Assembly: GCA_963821525.1 (NCBI GenBank)
Contig: CAWGED010000005.1
Span: 1,024,001 to 1,088,000, forward strand
Length of the DNA stretch: 64,000 nt
Direction: 5' to 3'
From: an uncultured Gemmatimonadales bacterium
Lineage (GTDB): Bacteria > Gemmatimonadota > Gemmatimonadetes > Gemmatimonadales > GWC2-71-9
Both the position numbers and the translations under genes were made by a program. This document shows positions 19,895 through 30,787 of this stretch, piece by piece (within the stretch, counting starts at the first letter, position 1; each line of letters begins with the position of its first letter). The notes beneath the pieces are model-generated. The model was given only the letters and a program-made list of their open reading frames with translations, was not told where the DNA came from and made no database searches.

Positions 19895-20362
19895 ATGCCT
19901 TCCTACCCGCTGCTCGACCCGGTCCGCCGCCACGTCGCCGCCATGGGGTTCGAGTTAATCGAATTCCACATGGGTGGCCCGCCGCAGCGCCCCCTGATTC
20001 AGGTCAGGATTGATCGCCCGGATAGCACACCCGGGCACGGCGTGACCGCCGAGGATTGCGTCCAGGTTAGCCGTTCCCTGGCACGCGTGCTCGAGGCGGA
20101 GGCCCAGCCTGGCGCCCGCTATCTGGTGCAGGCTTCCTCGCCCGGGTTTGAGCGACCGGTCCGTTTCGTCGAACACTGGCGGCGTTACCTGGGCCGGGAA
20201 GTACGAGTGACGGCACGCGGGCTATCCGGGCATCCGCGCGCCACAGTAGTCGCAGTGCCCGACGATGATCATGTCCAGCTTCGCCTCGCTGACGGCGAGC
20301 CTTATTTGCTCGCGCTCGAGAATCTCAAAGAGGCGACCCTGTTGATGGACTCGGCCTCCTGA
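19895..20362 (+). CDS. rimP: Ribosome maturation factor RimP
   Basis: VRIDRP, GVTAEDCVQVSR, SSPGFERP; upstream of nusA. Confidence 0.92.
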   Translation: MPSYPLLDPVRRHVAAMGFELIEFHMGGPPQRPLIQVRIDRPDSTPGHGVTAEDCVQVSRSLARVLEAEAQPGARYLVQASSPGFERPVRFVEHWRRYLGREVRVTARGLSGHPRATVVAVPDDDHVQLRLADGEPYLLALENLKEATLLMDSAS

Positions 20363-20383
20363 GGCCGCGAGAGGGAGAAGAGG

Positions 20384-21703
20384 ATGTCCGCTTCGGCAGA
20401 AGTCCTGGCCGCAATTCGCGAGTTATCGACCACCAAACAGCTCGACCGCAACGAGCTGCTGGAGTTGCTGCGCGACGGTATTCACGCGGCGCTGGTCCGG
20501 CGTTACGGCCCCAATGTCCGCTTCGAGCTCAGCTTCGATGAGCTCAAAGGCACGATTCGCATCGTCCGCCTGAGACAGGTGGTGGAGGCGGTCGAGGATT
20601 CGAGCGCCCAGGTCTCCCTCGAGGAAGCCCAGTACGAGGATCCCGAGTTCGCGCCCGGCGACATGTTGGAAGAGGATGTTCCCTTCGCCGAGTTCGGCCG
20701 GCTCGCGGTGCAGGCGGCGAAGCAAAGGATTATCCAGCGGGTGCGCGAAGGCGAACGTACCCGGATCCGCGAAGAGTTTGCCGGCAAGGTCGGCGAGCTG
20801 CTTTCGGGAGAGGTCCAGCAGATCGAGCGCGGCAAGCTGGTCATCATGCTCAACAAGTTTCGGGAGGCGGAAGCCATCATTCCGTACCGGGAACAGAATC
20901 ACCGGGAGAAGTTCCACCAGGGCGACACCATCCGGGCGGTGCTGAAGCGGCTCGAGGAAACCCCCAAGGGCCCACGGCTCATTCTCTCTCGCGCCGACCC
21001 GCTCTTCGTGAAGGCGCTGTTCAAGCTGGAAGTCCCCGAAATTCAGCAGGGCGTGGTCGACATCCGGGCTTGGGCCCGGGAAGTCGGCAGCCGTACCAAG
21101 ATCGCGGTGATCTCCCGCGATGACGCCATCGATCCCGTCGGCGCCTGCGTGGGACTCAAGGGTTCCCGGGTGCAAGCGGTGGTGAATGAGCTGGGTGGCG
21201 AGCGCATCGACATCGTGCCGTGGTCTCCCGATCCGGAGCGCTTCGCGCGACTGGCGCTGGCTCCGGCCCGGGTGGCGAAAGTGTTCTCCGATCCGGAGAG
21301 CAAGACGATCCAGGCGGTGGTGGACGAGGATCAGCTGTCGCTGGCGATTGGCCGCAACGGGCAGAACGTGCGCCTCGCCTCTGAGCTCACCGGGTGGAAG
21401 ATCGATCTCTACTCCAGCCGCGAATGGCTGGAGCGCGGTGGAGAGGGCCCGCTGTTCGCGCCGCTCCCGCCGGAAGACGAGTCGGTCACCCAGGTGCCGC
21501 TGACGGAACTGAAGGGGCTTTCTCCCGAGCTGCTCGCCATCCTGAACGGTGCGGGGTACCAGACCCTGAACGACGTACTCGATCTCGAACGGGACGAGGT
21601 GGCACAGCTGCCCGGCATGACCCAGGAGCGGGCCGATCAGCTGATGGCGCTGCTCGCCGAGCTAACCGACGAGGACAGCGACGACGGCCGCGGCGGATCC
21701 TGA
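20384..21703 (+). CDS. nusA: Transcription termination factor NusA
   Basis: FGRLAVQAAKQ, LEVPEI, DPVGACVG, LAIGRNGQNVRLA. Confidence 0.97.
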   Translation: MSASAEVLAAIRELSTTKQLDRNELLELLRDGIHAALVRRYGPNVRFELSFDELKGTIRIVRLRQVVEAVEDSSAQVSLEEAQYEDPEFAPGDMLEEDVPFAEFGRLAVQAAKQRIIQRVREGERTRIREEFAGKVGELLSGEVQQIERGKLVIMLNKFREAEAIIPYREQNHREKFHQGDTIRAVLKRLEETPKGPRLILSRADPLFVKALFKLEVPEIQQGVVDIRAWAREVGSRTKIAVISRDDAIDPVGACVGLKGSRVQAVVNELGGERIDIVPWSPDPERFARLALAPARVAKVFSDPESKTIQAVVDEDQLSLAIGRNGQNVRLASELTGWKIDLYSSREWLERGGEGPLFAPLPPEDESVTQVPLTELKGLSPELLAILNGAGYQTLNDVLDLERDEVAQLPGMTQERADQLMALLAELTDEDSDDGRGGS

Positions 21704-22017
21704 TCGGCTCCTCCGCCTTCTCGGCCTCGGCTATCGGGGCCGTAAGGTCGTGATCGGGGTCGATCGGGTGCGGGCCGGGCTCCAGGCCGACAAGTTCGCC
21801 TGCCTTGTGGTGGCGGCGGACGCGAGCCCACGAGCGTTGGAGAAGGTGGTTCGGCTGGCGACTGCGCGTCGGGTACCGTTGTTTCGCGGTCCCGCCGCGG
21901 ATGCGATCGGCCAACGGCTTGGTGAAGCCGGGAATCATGGTGGCAGGAGTGGTAGATCGAGCGCTGGCTCGCGGACTCGCAGCCGCGAGTGGCAGCTCGT
22001 TCCAGACGGAGGGTTGA
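21699..22017 (+). CDS. L7Ae/L30e-family RNA-binding protein (YlxQ-like); frameshift near 21925, start unclear
   Basis: LLRLLGLG, VVIGVDRVR, VVAADAS, VAGVVDRALARGL between nusA and infB. Confidence 0.75.
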
Positions 22018-24797
22018 TGGTCAAGACCAGAGTGCACGACCTCGCAGCGGAGTTCGGGGTCCCGGCAGAACAAGTGATGGGGATGCTTAAGGACATGGGC
22101 ATCTTCGTGCGCAGCCACATGTCGGGACTTGAGGATGGACAGGTGTCCGCCGTGCGGGTGCGCTGGGAGCGCGAAAAGCGGAAAGCGGCCGATGAGCCGG
22201 CGCCGAAGAAGGGCCGCCGTAAGGCTGCCAAGGCGGCCGCCCCGCCCGAGCCGGTATCGGTAGAGGCCGGGAAGCCGAGCAAGCGTCGTCGCACTGCGGC
22301 GGAGGTTGCTCAGTCGGAGGCGTAGGCCGAAGCCGAACGCGCTGCCGAAGCGCTGGCAATGGACCTGATTCGTCCGATCGAGCGCCCCGTCGAGGCCGCG
22401 TTGCCCGCTTCGCTGGAAGAGCGCGCGAAGGCCCTCTTCAAGGACCTGCCTCCTGCCTCAGGAGATACTGGCGACTCGGAAGCTCCAACCGCGACCGAGC
22501 CGGTCGCGGCTTCACCGTTCCCGCCGGCCTCTCGTCCGGCTGACGCTCCGCCATTACCTCCGCGTCCGTCGGTGCCGGGTCGGACTCCAATGATTCCCAC
22601 CCGCGTTTCGCGGCCGGCCGCACCTCAAGGCGGTCGCCCCACTGGTCCGTCGCGTCCCCGTCCCGTGTTCAGCAGCAGCGCTCCGCCGGCTCCGGGTCAG
22701 CGCGGTTCCGGTCCCCCGCAGCGCGGTTCCGGTCCCCCTCAGCGCGGTGCGGGTCCGAGCGTCCCCGGTGGTCCCGCCACCGGCGAGCGGGGTCGCAATT
22801 TCGGCCCCGATGCCGAGAAGGGCGGCGGACGTAAGAAAGGGAAGAAGGGCCGTAAGTCTTCCGTGGACCAGGAAGCGGTGCAGGCGAACATCCTCAAGAC
22901 GCTGCAGGGGATGCGCGGTGGAGTGGGCCGGAAAGGCCGCGGCCGCGATATGACCGGGTACCAGGAGCAGCTCGCTCGCGCGGCCGAAGAGAAGGAACGG
23001 GAGAAGACTCGGGTCAGGGTCAACGAGTTCATCTCGGTCTCCGAGCTCGCCGACCTGATGAAAGTCCCCGCGACCCAGATCGTGCAGCTCGCGTTCAAGG
23101 AGCTGGGACTCATGGTCACGGTGAACCAGCGCCTCGACTTCGACCAGATCGAATTGATCGCGTCGGAATTCGGCTTCCAGGCGGTCAAAGAAGAGGAGTA
23201 CGCCGCCGACCTCGCGACCGAGGAGACCCAGACCGACGTAGATGAAATCACCCAGCCGCGCCCGCCGGTGGTCACCATCATGGGTCACGTGGACCACGGT
23301 AAGACCTCGCTGCTGGACTACATCCGGAAAGCGAACGTGGTGGCTGGTGAAGCAGGCGGAATCACCCAGCACATCGGCGCCTATCACGTCACGCTCGCGA
23401 GCGGCAAGCAGATCACCTTCCTCGACACGCCGGGTCACCAGGCCTTTACCGCCATGCGTGCCCGCGGCGCTCAGGTCACCGATATCGTGGTCCTGGTCGT
23501 CTCGGCCGAAGACGCGGTGATGCCCCAGACGGTGGAAGCGATCAGCCACGCCAAGAATGCCGGCGTACCGCTCATCGTCGCGATCAACAAGATCGATCTC
23601 CCTGCTGCCAACGTGCAGAAGGTGAAGCAGGACCTGTTGGCCCACAACGTCGTGCTGGAAGAGTTCGGCGGCACCGTACTGGCCACCCCGATTTCGGCCA
23701 AGAAGGGTACCGGGGTAGACAAGCTGCTCGAGCAGATCCTGCTGCAGGCGGAGATTCTCGATCTGCGTGCCAATCCCGACCGCGCCGCATCCGGCGCCGT
23801 GATCGAAGCCACCCTGGACCCGGGCAAGGGGCCGCTGGCCACCATCCTGGTGCAGCGCGGCACCCTGCGGGTGAGCGAGAACTTCATCAGCGGCAAGTTC
23901 TCCGGCCGGGTGAAGGCGCTGTTCGATGAGCGGGGCAAGAACATCAAGGAGGCGGGACCTTCGATTCCGGTGCAGATCCTCGGCTTCGAGGGCACTCCGT
24001 CGCCCGGCGACAGCTTCCTCGTCGTGGCCGACGCCGTCGAGGCGCGCGAGATCGCCCAGAAGCGGCAGCGGCTCGACCGGGAGGCGCAGAACCGCCGCAC
24101 CACGCGCGGTGGCACTCTCGAGGATCTCTCCCGCCAGCTGGCCCAGGGCCAGATCGGCGCGTTGCGACTCATCATCAAGGCCGACCAGGGCGGCCCGGCC
24201 GAGGCGCTGGCCGACGCGCTGGCCCAGCTCAGCACGGGCGAAGTACGGGTGGACATCGTCCTTCGTGGGGTCGGCTCGATCAGCGAGAGCGACGTCCTGC
24301 TGGCCAAGGCCTCCGGAGCCATCGTCATCGGCTTCCACGTGCGGCCCGACGCGGGAGCCCGCGCCGCGGCGGAACGGGAATCGGTGGACATCCGAACCTA
24401 CCGCATCATCTACGAGGCGGTGGACGATGTGCGGGCGGCGCTCGAAGGCTTGCTCAAGCCGGAATCGAAGGAAACCGTCCTGGGCGATGCGCAGGTGCTG
24501 CAGCTGTTCAAGGTGAGCAAGGTAGGCACCATTGCCGGTTGCATGGTGAGGAACGGGACGATTCAGCGCACCGGCCGGGTCCGCGTGGTCCGGGACGGAG
24601 TCCAGATCTACGACGGGACTATCTCGAGTCTCAAGCGCTTCAAGGACGACGTGAAGGAAGTGCGCGAAGGGCTCGAGTGCGGTATCGGTGTCGAGAACTT
24701 CAACGACCTCAAGGTCAGCGACATGATCGAGAGCTACCGGGTGGAGGAAGTGAAGCGGACCCTGGCCGGAAGCGCGGCGGGGTCGGGGACGGGGTGA
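22017..24797 (+). CDS. infB: Translation initiation factor IF-2 (in-frame TAG at 22323-22325)
   Basis: N-domain KTRVHDLAAEFG; MGHVDHGKTSLLD, FLDTPGH, NKID, SLKRFKDDVKEV. Confidence 0.97.
22698..22757 (+). repeat. 21-nt coding tandem repeat x3 (QRGSGPP) in the IF-2 linker
   Basis: CAGCGCGGTTCCGGTCCCCC repeated. Confidence 0.8.
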
Positions 24798-24801
24798 GAG
24801 G

Positions 24802-24885
24802 GATTGCTGATTGCTGATTGATGATTGCTGAATGACCAAAGGCAGCTTTTTTCAATCAGCAATCAGCAATCGTCAATCGTCAATT
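24802..24885. repeat. Inverted heptamer array (GATTGCT)x5...(AGCAATC-like)x5
   Basis: GATTGCT GATTGCT GATTGAT GATTGCT GAATGAC ... TCAATCA GCAATCA GCAATCG TCAATCG TCAAT. Confidence 0.9.
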
Positions 24886-25167
24886 ATGCACACCGCCGTC
24901 CAGACCTGGGTATTGCACCTCGAGGGCTGCCAGTCGCTCAAGGACAAGCGGTCGGTGCTTCAGTCCCTCAAGGCGGAACTCAGGCGGCGGCTCAATGTCT
25001 CGGTGGCGGAAGTCGGAGCACAGGACCTGTGGCAGCGCGCCGAGCTCGCCTGCGCCGCTGTGGGGTCGGACCGGCGAGTCGTGGACGAAATGCTGCGAAC
25101 AGCGGACGGCATCGTCGAGGCGGCCGATGGCGTCCGCATCATTGATACGGTGGTGACGCAGGTATGA
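24886..25167 (+). CDS. DUF503 (YlxP) protein
   Basis: SLKDKRSV, NVSVAEVG, QDLWQRA; between infB and rbfA. Confidence 0.9.
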   Translation: MHTAVQTWVLHLEGCQSLKDKRSVLQSLKAELRRRLNVSVAEVGAQDLWQRAELACAAVGSDRRVVDEMLRTADGIVEAADGVRIIDTVVTQV

Positions 25168-25523
25168 AGGGACCATCCCGGCGGCCTGAACAGATGGCCG
25201 AAACGGTGCGGCAAGTGGTGAGCGACGCGCTGCTCACCGAGGTACGCGACCCACGGATCGGCATGGTCACGGTGACTCGCGTCGTGGTCAGCAACGAGTT
25301 GTCGTGGGCCACGGTGAGCGTCAGCGTGATGGGCGAGGAAGCCGACAAGACGCGGGCGCTGGAAGGGCTCCGCAGCGCGGCGGGCTTCTTTCGGTCGAAG
25401 CTGGGAAAGGCGCTGCACACCCGCATCGTCCCGGAAGTGAAGTTCGAGCTGGATCGGGGTCTGGAGCACGCTGCCCGGATCAACGCGGTGCTGGCCGAGC
25501 TCAAGCGGGAGGACCCGGCCTGA
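25164..25523 (+). CDS. rbfA: 30S ribosome-binding factor A
   Basis: EVRDPRIGMVTVTRV, AAGFFRS, VPEVKFELD. Confidence 0.95.
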   Translation: MKGPSRRPEQMAETVRQVVSDALLTEVRDPRIGMVTVTRVVVSNELSWATVSVSVMGEEADKTRALEGLRSAAGFFRSKLGKALHTRIVPEVKFELDRGLEHAARINAVLAELKREDPA

Positions 25524-26419
25524 AGTCAGGCGCGCTGCTGGTGGACAAGCCGGTTGGACCCACTTCGCACGACGTGGTGATCCGGGTCCGGCGCGCGCTG
25601 CATATGAAGGCGGTCGGGCACACCGGGACCCTGGATCCGTTCGCGAGCGGGCTGCTGGTGATCCTGCTCGGTCGCGCGACGAGGTTGGCGCAGTTCGTGG
25701 AGCGGCACGATAAGACCTACCGGGCGACGGCGAAACTCGGCGTGCGAACCACGACCGATGACCTGACGGGTGAAATCATCAGCCTCGTTCCCCCTCTCCG
25801 CGACGCGGAGAGGGGGCCAGGGGGTGAGGTACCGAGCCGCCGAGCCGTCGAGGCAACCCTCCACGGCTTCCTCGGCCCGCAAAAGCAACGGCCGCCGGCG
25901 TTTTCGGCGCGGAAGATCGGTGGGGAACGAAGCTATCGTCTGGCCAGGCGCGGCGTGACGCTGGAGCTGCCCGAGTCGGATGTAACGGTGCACTCGTTGG
26001 AGCTGATGGAATTTCGCTTTCCGGAGCTGGTGTTCCAGACTCGGGTGAGTGCCGGGACCTACGTTCGGGCTCTCGCCCGCGATATCGGCGAGGTGTTGGG
26101 AACCGGCGCGCATCTGACTGCGCTCCGACGGGAAGCAATCGGATCACTGCGGATCGAGCAGGCCGTGTCGCTCGAGGTGCTCAGTACCGAGACCCCGATC
26201 CTGACGCCGCTTTCGGTACTGGGACATCTGCCCAGGATCGAGCTGAGCGAGGCGCAAGTGACGGACGTGGGTCATGGGCGCGCGGCCCAGATCCAGCCCG
26301 AGTTCACTTCCAGCGGATCCGTTGCCGGTGTGGGAGCGGGGGACCGTCTGATCGCCGTGGGACGAGTTGAGGACAAGCTCTTCCGTCCTGAAGTGGTGCT
26401 GGAGCCCGCGGAGAGCTGA
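25520..26419 (+). CDS. truB: tRNA pseudouridine(55) synthase (start codon uncertain)
   Basis: DKPVGPTSHDVV, GHTGTLDPFASG, PPAFSA, SAGTYVRALA. Confidence 0.95.
   Translation: MKSGALLVDKPVGPTSHDVVIRVRRALHMKAVGHTGTLDPFASGLLVILLGRATRLAQFVERHDKTYRATAKLGVRTTTDDLTGEIISLVPPLRDAERGPGGEVPSRRAVEATLHGFLGPQKQRPPAFSARKIGGERSYRLARRGVTLELPESDVTVHSLELMEFRFPELVFQTRVSAGTYVRALARDIGEVLGTGAHLTALRREAIGSLRIEQAVSLEVLSTETPILTPLSVLGHLPRIELSEAQVTDVGHGRAAQIQPEFTSSGSVAGVGAGDRLIAVGRVEDKLFRPEVVLEPAES
25790..25850 (+). repeat. Palindromic element in frame inside truB
   Basis: Perfect 12-bp stem CCCCCTCTCCGC-GAC-GCGGAGAGGGGG, tail CCAGGGGGTGAGG, then GAGCCGCCGAGCCGTC. Confidence 0.75.
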
Positions 26420-27363
26420 TGTCCGTTTTGCCCGAGTATCCGAACGGCACGACGGTGACCGTCGGCATGTTCGATGGAGTGCACCGCGGGCATCAGGCGG
26501 TTCTTCGCGAGATCGTGGATCGGGCACGCGTCGCGGGACGGAAGAGCGTGCTCGTCACCTTCGAGCCGCATCCGCTCGAGGTGGTGAACCCTCAGGCCGC
26601 GCCACCGCTTCTCACGTCGGGAGCCGAACGCCGTGAGGCGCTGGCCCAGACCGGACTGGACTACGTCGTGTTCCTCCGGTTCGACCGGGAGCTGGCGAGT
26701 TACAGCCCGGAGCGGTTCGTTCGGGAGGTGCTGATCGGCCGCTGCCGCATGCGCGAGCTGGTGATCGGTCACGATCACGGCTTCGGGCGCGGACGCAGTG
26801 GCGACGTCGAGACCCTGCGACGGCTTGGCGCCACTGATGGCTTCACGGTGGACGTGGTCGGTCCGGTGGAGCTGGGTGGCCATCCGGTCTCCAGCACCCA
26901 GATCCGTCGCGCCGTCGCCGGGGGCGACCTGGCCACCGCGCAACGGCTGCTCGGGCGACCCTATTCCGTGAGCGGCGTCGTAGAACGCGGGGCAGGACGG
27001 GGCAGAACGATCGGAGTGCCCACGATCAACCTGGGTGGAGTCCCAGCGAGGAAGTTGCTGCCGCCGGACGGGGTCTACGCCGCGACGGTGGAGTGGGCCG
27101 GAGGTAGAGTCGGAGGAATGCTCAATCAGGGGCCCAAGCCGACGTTCGGAGATCTGCGGCGAAGCGTGGAAGTGCACCTCTTCGGGGTGGACGCGAATCT
27201 CTACGGGCAGTGGGTGAAGGTCGAGTGGGTGGAGCGGCTGCGCGACGTGATGACCTTCGCGTCGCCGGAGAAACTGGTGGAACAGTTGCAGCGAGACCGG
27301 GCGGACGCAGCGGCGGCACTGAGCCGAATCAGTGCTGACCAGCGTCATGTCTCACATACCTGA
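26419..27363 (+). CDS. ribF: Riboflavin kinase / FAD synthetase
   Basis: FDGVHRGH, TFEPHP, VSSTQIR, GVPTINL, VEVHL. Confidence 0.95.
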   Translation: MSVLPEYPNGTTVTVGMFDGVHRGHQAVLREIVDRARVAGRKSVLVTFEPHPLEVVNPQAAPPLLTSGAERREALAQTGLDYVVFLRFDRELASYSPERFVREVLIGRCRMRELVIGHDHGFGRGRSGDVETLRRLGATDGFTVDVVGPVELGGHPVSSTQIRRAVAGGDLATAQRLLGRPYSVSGVVERGAGRGRTIGVPTINLGGVPARKLLPPDGVYAATVEWAGGRVGGMLNQGPKPTFGDLRRSVEVHLFGVDANLYGQWVKVEWVERLRDVMTFASPEKLVEQLQRDRADAAAALSRISADQRHVSHT

Positions 27364-27371
27364 CAAGGACG

Positions 27372-29022
27372 ATGCTCGATTCCATTCGATCGCGCGTAAT
27401 CATCATCGCGTTGCTCATCATCGGCTCCATCGTCGCGCTCATTCCGCGCAATACGACGATCCGGGAGCGCGACGTCAATACCGGCGTCATGCGCGACACG
27501 ACCGTGCGCCGGGTTCCGCTCAAGCTGGGTCTCGACCTTCAGGGTGGAATGCACCTTGGCCTCGAGCTCGACCAGTCGAGCCGCGTCTCGGCCGACCCGT
27601 CGCGGGATCTCGACCTGGCCCTCACCGTGTTGCGCAAGCGGATCGACGAGTTCGGGGTGACCGAGCCGCTGATCCAGAAGCAGGGCGATGACCGGATCAT
27701 CGTGGAACTGGCGGGCATCACCGATCCCGCCCGGGCCAAGGCCATCGTGCAGCGGAGCGCCTTCCTCGAGTTCCGCATCACCGACCGGAGCGAGGCGCTG
27801 GAAAAGGCGCTCCCCGCTCTGGACCGGGCACTGCAACGCGCGGGGGTGAAGCCGGCGGCAGGCGCCCCGACCCAGCCGAGCGCGGTCACCCAACTGCTGC
27901 AGGGCGATACCGGGAAGAAGGCCGCCGCGACCGATACCGGCGTCGTGGTTGGCGGCGTACTGAGCAGCCTGATCCAGAGTGGCGCCCAGGCGGGATACTC
28001 GCCCGTTCCGGGGGAGTACCTCGTGAAGGAGACCGCGTTCCCGCGGGTCGATAGCCTGCTGCATCTTCCCGAAGTGCAATCGGCACTGCCGCGGAACCTG
28101 GTGCTGCGCTGGGCCTCGAGCGCAACCAGCGTGGGGGCCGAGTCCTACCGGCTGCTCTATTCGCTGGAGGACCGCGCGATCGTCACCGGTCAGAACCTGG
28201 TGGATGCCAAGGAGGAGATCGATCCGCTCACCAGCGGTCCGATCGTCACCTTCGAGCTCGACCGGACCGGCGCCCGCAAATTCGGCGATGGCACCGGACG
28301 GAACATCGGCAACTACATGGCGATTCTCCTGGATGACCGGGTGCAGGGCAGGCCACCGGTGATTCAGAGCCGGATCGACCGGCGGGGGCAGATCACTCTG
28401 ACCGGCCGCACCTTCCAGGAAGCGCGGGACCTGGCCCTGACGCTGAGAGCCGGCGCGCTGCCGATTCCTCTCAAGGTGGTTGACTACCGGCAGGTCGGCG
28501 CGAGCCTGGGGCAGGACTCGATTCGAAAGGGCATCACCGCCGGCGTCGTCGGCAGCATCATCGTGATTCTGATCATGATCGGGTACTACCGGGTCGCCGG
28601 AATTCTCGCGGTCTTTGCCCTGGCGATCTACATCCTGTTCACCCTGGGCGGGCTTGCGTCGCTGGACGCGACACTCACGCTGCCCGGCCTCGCCGGTATC
28701 GTGGTCTCGATCGGCCTCGCGGTAGACGCGAACGTGCTGATCTTCGAACGCATACGGGAAGAGCTGGCGCTGGGGAAGACAATCCGTCTGGCCATTGATG
28801 AGGGCTTCAAGCGGGCGATGGAACGCGATCGTGGACTCCAACGTCTGCGCCATCGTAACCGCCTTGCTGCTCTACCAGTTCGGTACCGGTCCGGTGAAGG
28901 GCTTTGCGGTTACCCTCACCCTGGGCACCCTCGCCTCGATGGTGACGGCCATCTTCGTCACCCGCACCTTCTTCATGATCTGGCTTGAGCGCCGGCCGAA
29001 CATGACCACGCTGAGTATCTGA
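27372..29022 (+). CDS. secD: Protein translocase subunit SecD (frameshift near 28820)
   Basis: LGLDLQGG, RIDEFGVTEP, LRAGALP, AVDANVLIFERIREE, GPVKGFAVTL. Confidence 0.96.
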
Positions 29023-29025
29023 CCC

Positions 29026-29997
29026 ATGCGCCGCGTCTTCACTAACACCAAGATCGATTTCATCGGGGTACGCCGGTACGCCTACATCTTCACGGCGATC
29101 TGGTTCATCCCCGGTCTGATTCTCCTGCTGATCCGTGGGCTCAACTACAGCATCGAGTTCACCGGAGGCACCCTGGTGCAGATCGCCAGCCAGGTGCCGG
29201 TGGACGTCGAGCAAACTGCGTAGCGCTTGGATCACGAGGGCGTGCCCGGCGCAGAGATCCAGTCATTCGGCGCCGACAGCGAGTACGTGGTTCGAGCGCG
29301 GCTCAGCAAGGAGGCGCCCGACCAGGACAACACCGACGCCACGGTGAACGCTGTCCGGAAGGCGCTGGATTCAAGCCTGGGCGAGGGGAAGTACACCATC
29401 GGCCGCACCGAGGCCGTGGGGCCCAAGGTCGGCGGTGAGCTTCGCCAGAAGGCCTTGACCGCGATTCTTCTCGCGTTCGTTGCCATCCTCATCTATCTCG
29501 CGTTCCGGTTCGAGTGGCGCTTCGGCCTGTCGTCTATTCTCGCCACGGCGCACGACGTGCTCGGCACGGTCATCTTCATCAGCGTTCTGCACCTCGAGGT
29601 CAGTCTCGTGGTCGTGGGCGCGGTGCTGTCGGTGCTGGGTCTCTCGCTCAACGAGACCATCATCATCTTCGACCGGGTGAGAGAGAACGAGCGGCATCGC
29701 CGCTATCCCGATCTCCGCACCACCCTCAACCGGTCCATCAACGAGACGCTACCCCGCACCGTGCTGACCCACGGCACCGCGCTCGCCACGATGATGACGC
29801 TGGCCATCTTCGGCGGCGAGGTGATCCGCCCCTTCGCCCTCGTCATGTTCTTCGGCGTCTTCACCGGCATCTTCTCGTCGATGTTCATCGCCCCGGCCTT
29901 CCTGCTTTACATCCGTCGCCGCTGGCCGCCCGTCGGCGCCGCGGCGCCGCGGTCGACCCGCGCCCCCGCGGGCCGTGCCGCCCAGCCCGTGGGGTAA
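29026..29997 (+). CDS. secF: Protein translocase subunit SecF (apparent stop at 29221 from indels)
   Basis: IEFTGGT, VGPKVGGEL, FRFEW, IFDRVREN, SINETLPRT. Confidence 0.95.
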
Positions 29998-30787
29998 GAG
30001 GCTGATCGACACCCACTGCCACCTCGCCGATCCGGCCTTCGACCCGGATCGGGAGGGAGTGCTGGAGCGTGCGTGGGCGGCTGGTGTCGAGCATGTCGTA
30101 GTGATCGGGGAAACCCCGGCGACCGCCGAGAAGGCACTGGGGCTGGCGGCGACCGACGCTCGCCTTTCGGCGACTGCCGGCCTTCATCCCCACGAAGCGC
30201 GGCACTGGACCTCCGAGACCGAGGCCTGGCTTGCGCAGCAACTGCGGGATCCGCGGGTGGTGGCGGCCGGCGAGATGGGGCTGGACTACCACTACGACCA
30301 TTCTCCGCGCGAGGTGCAGCGGGAGGTCTTCGATCGCCAGCTCGGCCTCGCCACTGCGGCGAGTCGTCCGGCCGTGATCCACGCGCGTGAAGCGGACGAC
30401 GATGTAGCCGCCATCCTGCGCAACCACCCTCGGGCGACTGCGATCCTTCATTCGTTCAGCAGCGGGCCGGCCCTCTTGCGGGCCGGGCTGGACCTCGGTC
30501 ACTATGTGTCGTTCAGTGGGATGATCACTTTCAAGAGTTGGCGGCTCGATGCGGCGATCCTGGAGGTCCCGCTCGACCGCTTGCTGGTGGAGACCGACGC
30601 CCCGTATCTGGCGCCGGTACCTCACCGGGGCCGGCGCAACGAGCCGGCGTTTGTAGAGAGGACGGCGGCGCGTCTCGCCGAGGTGCGCGGACGGCCGCTG
30701 CAGGAAATGCTGGAATTGACCAGCGCGAACGCCGCGCGGGTATTCGGTCCGAGATTGAATCCCGGTGAGGAGCCGTCTCGCAAATGA
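29975..30787 (+). CDS. tatD: TatD family hydrolase (start uncertain)
   Basis: [30 protein letters not shown]. Confidence 0.93.
   Translation: MPPSPWGKRLIDTHCHLADPAFDPDREGVLERAWAAGVEHVVVIGETPATAEKALGLAATDARLSATAGLHPHEARHWTSETEAWLAQQLRDPRVVAAGEMGLDYHYDHSPREVQREVFDRQLGLATAASRPAVIHAREADDDVAAILRNHPRATAILHSFSSGPALLRAGLDLGHYVSFSGMITFKSWRLDAAILEVPLDRLLVETDAPYLAPVPHRGRRNEPAFVERTAARLAEVRGRPLQEMLELTSANAARVFGPRLNPGEEPSRK

Noticed and set aside
21750..22325. Apparent L7Ae-IF2 N-domain fusion
   Set aside because: Frameshift near 21925; the L7Ae gene ends at TGA 22017, overlapping the infB ATG
22554..24839. 761-aa antisense ORF opposite infB, and many similar long shadow ORFs
   Set aside because: Expected from high-GC codon bias on the opposite strand of real genes; no recognisable motifs
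29221..29223. In-frame TAG in secF suggesting amber recoding
   Set aside because: Two compensating indels restore a plausible EKLRSALD; TAG is a normal stop in groEL, serS, ridA and others
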